Shown in pieces: positions 63,292-64,000 of a DNA stretch of 64,000 nt. A program made the position numbers and the translations under genes. The DNA is from Falsiroseomonas sp. Lineage in GTDB: Bacteria; Pseudomonadota; Alphaproteobacteria; Acetobacterales; Acetobacteraceae. Position 1 is the first letter of the stretch. Each line of letters starts with the position of its first letter. The DNA lies in NCBI RefSeq assembly GCF_051859025.1, contig NZ_JBHYGL010000041.1, positions 76,960 through 140,959 of the forward strand, given 5' to 3'. The notes beneath the pieces are model-generated. The model was not told the origin of the DNA, did not search any database, and saw only the letters and a program-made list of their open reading frames with translations.

Positions 63292-64000
63292 GCCGCATCC
63301 TCCCGCGCCCGCAACGGCAGGCCGGCGACCAGGTTCTGGGGCTTGATGCGCAGCTTCTGCGCGGCATCCATCGCGATCGCCAGATAGACGGGCTTGCCCG
63401 CGACGCGCGGCAGCACGCGCGATGCCTCGGCGAATTCAAGCACGCCGAGCCAGATGATCCGCGCCAGCCGCGCCTGCTTCACCTTCTTGCCCTGCCAGAG
63501 GTCGTTGGCGATGGCGGTCGCTTCCGCGTCCAGCCCGACATGCCAGGTCCAGTTGTGGTCCTCGATCACGGGCACGGGGCGGATCGTCACCTGCTCCCCC
63601 ATCACATGGCCGATGAAACGTTCCAGCGCGCGGGCCAGGCCGTGCTGCCCGGGCCGTCCCTCGGCGATGTCGAGCGCGAAATCATGCGCGTCCGACCGCC
63701 CGGGATAGAGGTGCCCGTTCTCCTCCGACAGCACGTCGATCTCGACCTCCCGCGGCTGGGCGCCGGCTTCGACCAGCAATTGGCCGAGCGCGCCGAAGCC
63801 GCTGTCGCCGCCCTTGTGGTCCAGGATCTCCTCATCCGCCACCAGCAGCGCGCCCTGGTGGATGGCCACGCGCTGGATGCGGAACAGCAATTCGGCGGCG
63901 CGCAGGGTGAAGGGATCCCCCACCCCTTCCAGCGCGGATCGCACGACCAGGTGCGTCAGCATCTGCAGGAAGATCGGCGGGATGCCCGCGACGCCCTTCC
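63288..64000 (-). CDS. Conserved hypothetical protein (partial; 5' end beyond the window)
   Basis: The reading frame stays open upstream of the track Met at 63962 (…KGVAGIPPIFLQMLTHLV…) to the window edge. Non-artefactual composition. Translationally coupled to the DUF3305 gene. Confidence 0.6.
   Translation of the reverse strand, partial: KGVAGIPPIFLQMLTHLVVRSALEGVGDPFTLRAAELLFRIQRVAIHQGALLVADEEILDHKGGDSGFGALGQLLVEAGAQPREVEIDVLSEENGHLYPGRSDAHDFALDIAEGRPGQHGLARALERFIGHVMGEQVTIRPVPVIEDHNWTWHVGLDAEATAIANDLWQGKKVKQARLARIIWLGVLEFAEASRVLPRVAGKPVYLAIAMDAAQKLRIKPQNLVAGLPLRAREDAA

Noticed and set aside
1-64000. tRNA, rRNA, CRISPR arrays, IS elements, integrases or prophage genes
   Set aside because: None of the intergenic regions showed tRNA-like T-arm signatures or regularly spaced direct repeats. 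No ORF resembles a transposase, integrase or phage structural protein. This was a by-eye scan only; tRNAscan-SE, Infernal and ISfinder searches would be needed to confirm.

Overview
Very GC-rich, densely coding chromosomal segment. Gene content suggests an alphaproteobacterium, possibly Rhodospirillales/Acetobacteraceae-like: an NDUFA12-like/MlaD/DUF2155 operon, a phasin, Bug-type TTT binding proteins, and a long leader upstream of ornithine decarboxylase. I support about 70 protein-coding genes. By eye I found no rRNA, tRNA, CRISPR array, transposase or integrase.

Housekeeping genes: thiS-thiG, aroQ-accB-accC, aat, clpS-clpA, dcd, murA.

Other blocks:
- Two divergent family-5 ABC binding proteins plus a permease.
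- An ornithine-decarboxylase/Lrp locus.
- A catabolic block at 31.6-41.5 kb: DSD1-type PLP enzyme, class-V aminotransferase, acyl-CoA dehydrogenase, two alpha/beta hydrolases, maleate-isomerase-like protein, FAD monooxygenase, Bug binding protein.
- A complete periplasmic Cys-type formate dehydrogenase plus molybdenum-cofactor cluster at 51.7-61.8 kb.

Most of the window looks like ordinary core genome with host-like composition. I did not find a clear-cut novel multi-gene system.

Best candidates for follow-up:
1. A DUF2075/COG3410 PD-(D/E)xK + P-loop protein packed against a secreted EEP-fold enzyme (19.1-22.0 kb).
2. A yjfM/yjfC/yjfL-like lipoprotein + glutathionylspermidine-synthase-like ATP-grasp + DUF350 module (17.3-19.1 kb).
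3. Three translationally coupled DUF genes (DUF3305, DUF3306, one unnamed) directly upstream of the formate dehydrogenase operon (62.0-64.0 kb).
4. A roughly 500-650 nt leader upstream of ornithine decarboxylase that may be a speF-type RNA.
5. A degenerate ribonucleotide-reductase-like TSCPD protein.
6. An MntA/HepT-type toxin-antitoxin pair.

Many very long ORFs in the track (up to 1513 aa) are antisense or frame artefacts of the high GC content and were rejected.
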